NCBI RefSeq assembly: GCF_009914755.1
Contig: NC_060928.1
DNA from: the human T2T-CHM13v2.0 reference genome, Homo sapiens
Strand: one strand, 5' to 3'
DNA: 64,000 bases
Every line of letters begins with the position of its first letter. The stretch's first letter is position 1. Of the stretch, positions 57,885 through 64,000 are shown one piece after another. A program made the position numbers and the translations under genes. A model generated the notes under the pieces. That model was not told the DNA's origin and made no database searches. It was given only the letters and a program-made list of their open reading frames with translations.

Positions 57885-58724
57885 GTAGGTATAGCATGTT
57901 TAAAGGGGGAAATTGATAATCAGTGAGTTAATACAGGCATTTCTTGTCCTCTGCAAAATTGCACAATAGAAATAGCAGGACTTGTGGGAAACATTAAGAC
58001 TCCTCAAAATCTATGCAATTTTGCAGTCAGAGTTCCAGCAGAAAAGTGATTGGCACCTTGGGAGATGACTATGGGAGTATGAAAAATGCACAAAAAGGAA
58101 AGGGTAGAAATCTGTCTATACTGTAATTAGAGAAGGACTAGTGGAGCTCTGATACCCTTAAAGTGGTCATAACAAGGCAGTGAGACTCATCAGGAGCCAA
58201 GAGCCAAGACCCTGTGGGTAGAGTGTCTTGGGTGTAAGCACTCCTTTTTTATTTTCTGAAAATACAGTTGAAGGGCTCCTGCTGCCAAGGTAGCAGTTGA
58301 CCCGAAGTGTTTCTCCCTTTCTCTGAAGGTTATAATTCTCCTTCTAGCACATCAAGTCTTGCCCAGCAAAATTCATGTATGAGCTAACCAGCTACCCATG
58401 TTATATCATTCTCCGTTTATCAAATGCAACTGAGCTTATTCACATGGTAGAAACTCAGGTTTCAGCAGAACAGACTCTTTGGGAAAGCATCCAAAGTTTA
58501 TAATTAATTGCTAAATTAAATGGGCACTAAACATTCTCTTTATATACCTTTCATTGATACATATAAAACACATTTTCTACTACTGGTACTATGGACCAGT
58601 AATTTGGATTGCTTTTGTTGGAAGTACTGAGACCTTAAACCATCAGGGATGTAAGGCTATGAGGTAAAGTGTAAGGTTTCTCTGTCCTTTAACTTATCAG
58701 AATTATTGTCATTTCCATTTTTAG

Positions 58725-58835
58725 GACGCTTCAGAAAATGTACAATGCTGCGTCATATTCAGTCACTTTCCATTTATCTTTAATAATCTGTCGAAAATTA
58801 AACTACTACATACAGACACACTTTTAAAAATAGAG
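58725..58835 (+). CDS. HERC5: HERC5 exon 15 (DASENVQCCVIFSHFPFIFNNLSKIKLLHTDTLLKIE)
   Basis: ttttAG acceptor, GAG|GTatgt donor, 111 nt; FPFIF..K..LL pre-HECT motif. Confidence 0.93.
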
Positions 58836-59870
58836 GTATGTATGCCTATTTGTCTTCATTAGCATAAATCACATGCTAAGCGCCTTCTTAATCATGCAGT
58901 ATTTTGGGGGTGATAAGAGAACCACCTACCAGTGAAACCAATGGTTGTGGCATTCAAGGAGCTTATACTCTAATGAAGACGGCAAGGCAGACTGTCATAA
59001 TTTGAATCATCTTCACCTTAAGGCAAATTAGGGCCTTGGTAGCAAGGGATGGAGCTTGGACAACTGGCCTAGTTGTCGGGTTTTTACCTGAAGTTGGCAG
59101 TGGCAGCCTGTAGTCTTCTGAATAGTACTCAAAGAGGTATAACAAACTTGGGCTTGATTAGGTGTAACAGACTTGGGCTTGACTAGCACCTATGTAAGGA
59201 GGCACAATCTAATGAAAAGATACGGTAGCAGGAATAGAAGTGGCTGAGGATTCCTGAAATTAGGAGCCCAATAAATGGCTACTACTCTGTGATGGTGCCA
59301 TAAAAGAGGTTTGTACAGATTCCTCCCTTTTCCATGTACGGTACTGTTACTAGCTGAGGTGGTTATGTTTGTAGATGTATCCAGCAAAGTGGATGGATAT
59401 TTTACCAACCATTAACAAAATATTTTACCACCAAAGTAGTAAAATTGGGCAATTGAAAATTCCCAAGGAATTGTATCAGATAATCCCTGCCGCATTGCAA
59501 TTTAATAATGATTAAATTTGTTAATATAGGTAAAGCATTTAAAACTGCCTCACACAAAGCACCCAAAGGGTTGGGTATTATTATCACTTTTACATATGCA
59601 GACATATGTTATATGTATGTATAATATTCAAATATATGTCCTTAAAGCAGATAGTTTCATATAATGCATTTACCATAATAAAAATGGGAAATTGATTTAT
59701 GAGTTCTGAGTATGACTGTAATGAAATATTTAACAAAGGGAAATCAAAGATAAAAAGATAAAAGAACTTTGTTTTGCTTCAACTCTTATAACCTATTCTC
59801 TCCTGATTTTAAACAAGGTTCCAGAGATAATTTCGTAGAAGTAATATTTGACTACTCCTTTTTCTGCTAA

Positions 59871-60203
<333 letters not shown>

Positions 60204-60821
60204 TAATGACCTAAAATTGCCATTTGGTTTCAGAATGGACATTCTGTCTGTCTGTCTGTCTCTCCCACTCTCTCTCCCTGCTTGTCTCTCTTCAATTAAC
60301 TTCTTAGGTAAATTCTCCCTTAAAATCTCTTGTCTTGGTTTTTTTTTTCCTGGAGTAGGCTCTTTGGTGACATCTCTCATAACCTGGATTTTTTTTCCTG
60401 CAGCCTGTTTGCTTTCTAAACATCTGAACTTCTCTTCGGAATGAGAGAGCATCATGTTGCAGTGCACTGTTTCAGTGGATACCAATACATCTCTTAGCCT
60501 GTTAATAAGTAGCTTTGGTATCTTAAGCATTAATAATTGTGTGTATAGGAGAAAGTGGTCCTTTAAAACCTGCAGTTGGTAACTTACTTGCTCATCCAGC
60601 TTGGCTCCACAAAGGCTTTGATTCTTCAGGTCCCTTGTTTCCTCTGCTCACTGAGACTAAATACTGATGTTATCATTTATCTTCAGTGGTGCATATAAGG
60701 TTCTTTTCATAAATGTGACCTGCACTTATAAGCAGAACCAGTTTATTCTGCTTTCCAAATTTTTACTTAGAGAGGGCCAATGGTAAAATGAAGTGTAATA
60801 TTTCTGTTTCTGTTTTCCTAG

Positions 60822-60992
60822 AGTAAAAAACATAAAGCTTATCTTAGGTCGGCAGCAATTGAGGAAGAAAGAGAGTCTGAATTCGCTTTGAGGCCCACGT
60901 TTGATCTAACAGTCAGAAGGAATCACTTGATTGAGGATGTTTTGAATCAGCTAAGTCAATTTGAGAATGAAGACCTGAGGAAAGAGTTATGG
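60822..60992 (+). CDS. HERC5: HERC5 exon 16 (SKKHKAYLRS...FDLTVRRNHLIEDVLNQL...DLRKELW); gene continues past the window
   Basis: ttcctAG acceptor, TGG|GTaagg donor, 171 nt; paralogous to HERC6 239-409. Confidence 0.94.
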
Positions 60993-61345
60993 GTAAGGTG
61001 TAATTCTCACTTAATGTTTTTGCTGCTGAGAAAAGAAAAACATAAAAGAATGTGGCAAAGGGTTTCATAGAGAGGAAGTTATCTTCCTTTGCCACAGAGG
61101 TTGTTTATTTTAGGGTTCCTCTGATTCCCTAGTTGCCTTTGAGTTTTGGGTGATAGCTGTGGGCACTCACTCAGTATGTTTGGGCTAAGGAGCAGCAGGC
61201 AAAGTGGTTGTTCTCCCCACACCCTGCTCAGGTAGATAGTTCAGTGTTGGCCCTAAGAGGTCCAGTCCCTTCTGAGGTCTGGCCTAGCCTGGCTAGCACC
61301 ACCCTTGAAGGGTTTCAATGAGATGGTTAGCATAGAGGAGAATTA

Positions 61346-61792
<447 letters not shown>

Positions 61793-62217
61793 TTAATTAC
61801 CATATAATTTGTCTTATTAGTAAATATTTGATACTGAATCATAATGACCAGTAGATCTTTTGAGTGCTGTCCTTGTGGCAAGAACTGTTTTAAGTGCCTT
61901 ATACCTAATTTTTTAACCCTTTCAACAACATTATGTGGCAGATTCTGTTTTTCCCTCATTTTACAGATGGGGAAACTGAGGTACAGAACTATTAGGTAAC
62001 TTATCCAAGAGTAACCCAACTGATAAGCATCAGAGGATTTGGGCCTGGCCATTAAGCACTAGACTTTCTGCTTAATGAAGACGGATAAAGATTGGCCTGA
62101 TAATATTTAGTAAATGGAGTATTTTTTATTGGGGACCTTAGTTTATCACTTCTCCTACTCAGATTAAAGAAAGATTGACTTTACCAAGTCTCAAGATACC
62201 AATTTAAAAGCATATTG

Positions 62218-62515
62218 CCCCAGACACAGTGGCTCATGCCTGTAATCCTAGCACTTTAGGAGACTGAGGTGGGCAGATCACCTGAGGTCAGGAGTTCGAA
62301 ACCAACCTGACCAGCATGGTGAAACCCCATCTCTACTAAAAATACAAAAATTAGTTGGGTGTGGTGGCGGGCGCCTGTAATCCCAGCTGCTTGGGAGGCT
62401 GAGGCAGTGAGAATCTCTTGAACCCAGGAGGTGGAGGTTGCAGTGAGCCAAGATTACCCCACTGCACTCTAGCCTGGGCGACAGAGCAAGATTCTGTCTC
62501 AAGGAAAAAAATATA
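62218..62515 (+). mobile_element. AluS
   Basis: Alu dimer. Confidence 0.88.
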
Positions 62516-63651
62516 TATATTGCAGTTAGAGTTGGTATTTCCATGTATTTTTGCACACAGATAATTGTATAACTCTAATGGACTCGTTATGTGATTCTAT
62601 GCTTTGCCAGTCAGTCTACTCGATTATTTGAGTTCCACTTTTATATATTGTTCATTCAGTTTTTAAATTCAGGTAACACTCAGCATTTACCATTTGCAGG
62701 CTCTGTGTGAGGCATTTTACATGTATGACCCCTGTAATCTTTCTGATAATCTTGTGGGAAAACTGAGGTTTTATGAGGTTGGGCAGCTTGTCCTTAGTAA
62801 GAAGAGGGGGAAGGGTTTGACACCTGGTCTTGCTACAAAGATTTTTAGTATTTCACTATTTCACCAAGAGGAATGGAAGAGGCAGCATCTAAATAAATAA
62901 ACTGGTAAGAGGAGATTTCTGGGGATGCTAGTATAACATCTGGGTAGAAATGTTGAACAGGCCGTTGGAAGTGACTGTCAATCAGGAGAGAAAATGCACT
63001 GAATCTGAAGGTTAAATACGTATGGGTGGTAAACAAAGTTTAAGGAGAAAATGAGCATCCAGGGAAAGAACAGAGAGAAAGGACAGAAGTGTTAGGATAG
63101 AACTGTCTGCAATTCTGTTTCTAGAAATTAAGCCAGCAGGAAAAAGAAGAGATAAATAAAACCGTGAAGAGTGCTTCATAGGAGAAAGCAAGGGAGAAGA
63201 TTGTGTCAAGGAAAAGGACATGATCAGAAGTGGAAAATGAGTTAACGAAATCAAGGAGATGAGATATGAGAAAAAGTCCTTGGAGCTTGGGGATTTACAG
63301 TTCTTGTTCTTCTTGGAGAGACCCATTTAAGTGGAGAAGTGGGTTTGGAAGTTGGCGTATATCTCTGAAGTTTGGCAAGAGTGGAAGGAGCCCGTGTTTG
63401 TATTGGAGACAATGTGTTGGGATTTTTTTTTTCCTTTTAAGGTTAAGGGGGACCTTAACATGTTTGTGAATGGAAGTGAAGGATTCCAGGAAAAGGCAGG
63501 AATGGAGGGGTGACTGAAGGAGCAAAGATGGGTTATGATAGCATCCTCTTGGGAGGGATTGGTGTCAGCAGTAGGGGTGCAGCCTCCTCGGGGAGCAAAC
63601 AGCCACTTCAGCAAACACCTTATGTGTGCTCTGGTTTTTTGAATATCCTGA

Positions 63652-63959
63652 TTTTTATTATTTATTTATTTATTTTTGAGACAGAGTCTCACTCTGTTGC
63701 CCAGGCTGGAGAGCAGTGGTGCGACCTTGGCTCATGGCAACCTTCATCTCCCGGGTTCAAGTGAGTCTCCTGCCTCAGCCTCCTGAGTAGCTGGGATTAC
63801 AGGTATGCATCACCACACCCAGCTAATTTTTGTATTTTTAGTAGAGACGGGGTTTCACCATGTTGGCCAGACTGGTCACGAACTCCTGACCTCACATGAT
63901 CCGCCCACCTCGGCCTCCCAAAGTGCTGGCATTACAGGTGTGAGCCACCACGCCCGGCC
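63652..63959 (-). mobile_element. AluS
   Basis: antisense Alu dimer. Confidence 0.88.
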
Positions 63960-64000
63960 AATTTTTATGATTTCTTTCTGTTTATTTTTATTATACTTGG

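Overview
Primate (human-like) genomic DNA from the HERC6-HERC5 tandem locus of small HERC E3 ligase genes, both on the + strand. The window holds the last 8 coding exons of HERC6 (HECT domain, stop at 14117-14119) and a 3' UTR that runs into the 5' LTR of an ~11.2 kb decayed class I endogenous retrovirus (14292-25476). That provirus has LTR, Arg PBS, gag, deleted pro/pol, env, PPT and LTR, sits inside an older L1 3' fragment, and carries nested THE1, PABL-like LTR and Alu insertions. Next come further solo LTRs, the ISRE-bearing CpG-island promoter of HERC5, and HERC5 coding exons 1-16 (711 codons; RCC1-like repeats to the start of HECT). Exon boundaries were read by hand from GT/AG sites and phase continuity. 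Repeat family names are from memory of consensus sequences and need RepeatMasker/Dfam confirmation. I see no wholly new gene system. The best leads are: (1) the ERV LTR apparently supplying the HERC6 poly(A) signal; (2) a competing acceptor in the last HERC6 exon that would create an immediate stop before the catalytic Cys; (3) a fold-back/inverted-duplication scar in a HERC6 intron; (4) LTR octamer elements and an LTR-adjacent splice donor upstream of HERC5; and (5) a long stop-free in-frame stretch upstream of the HERC5 ATG.
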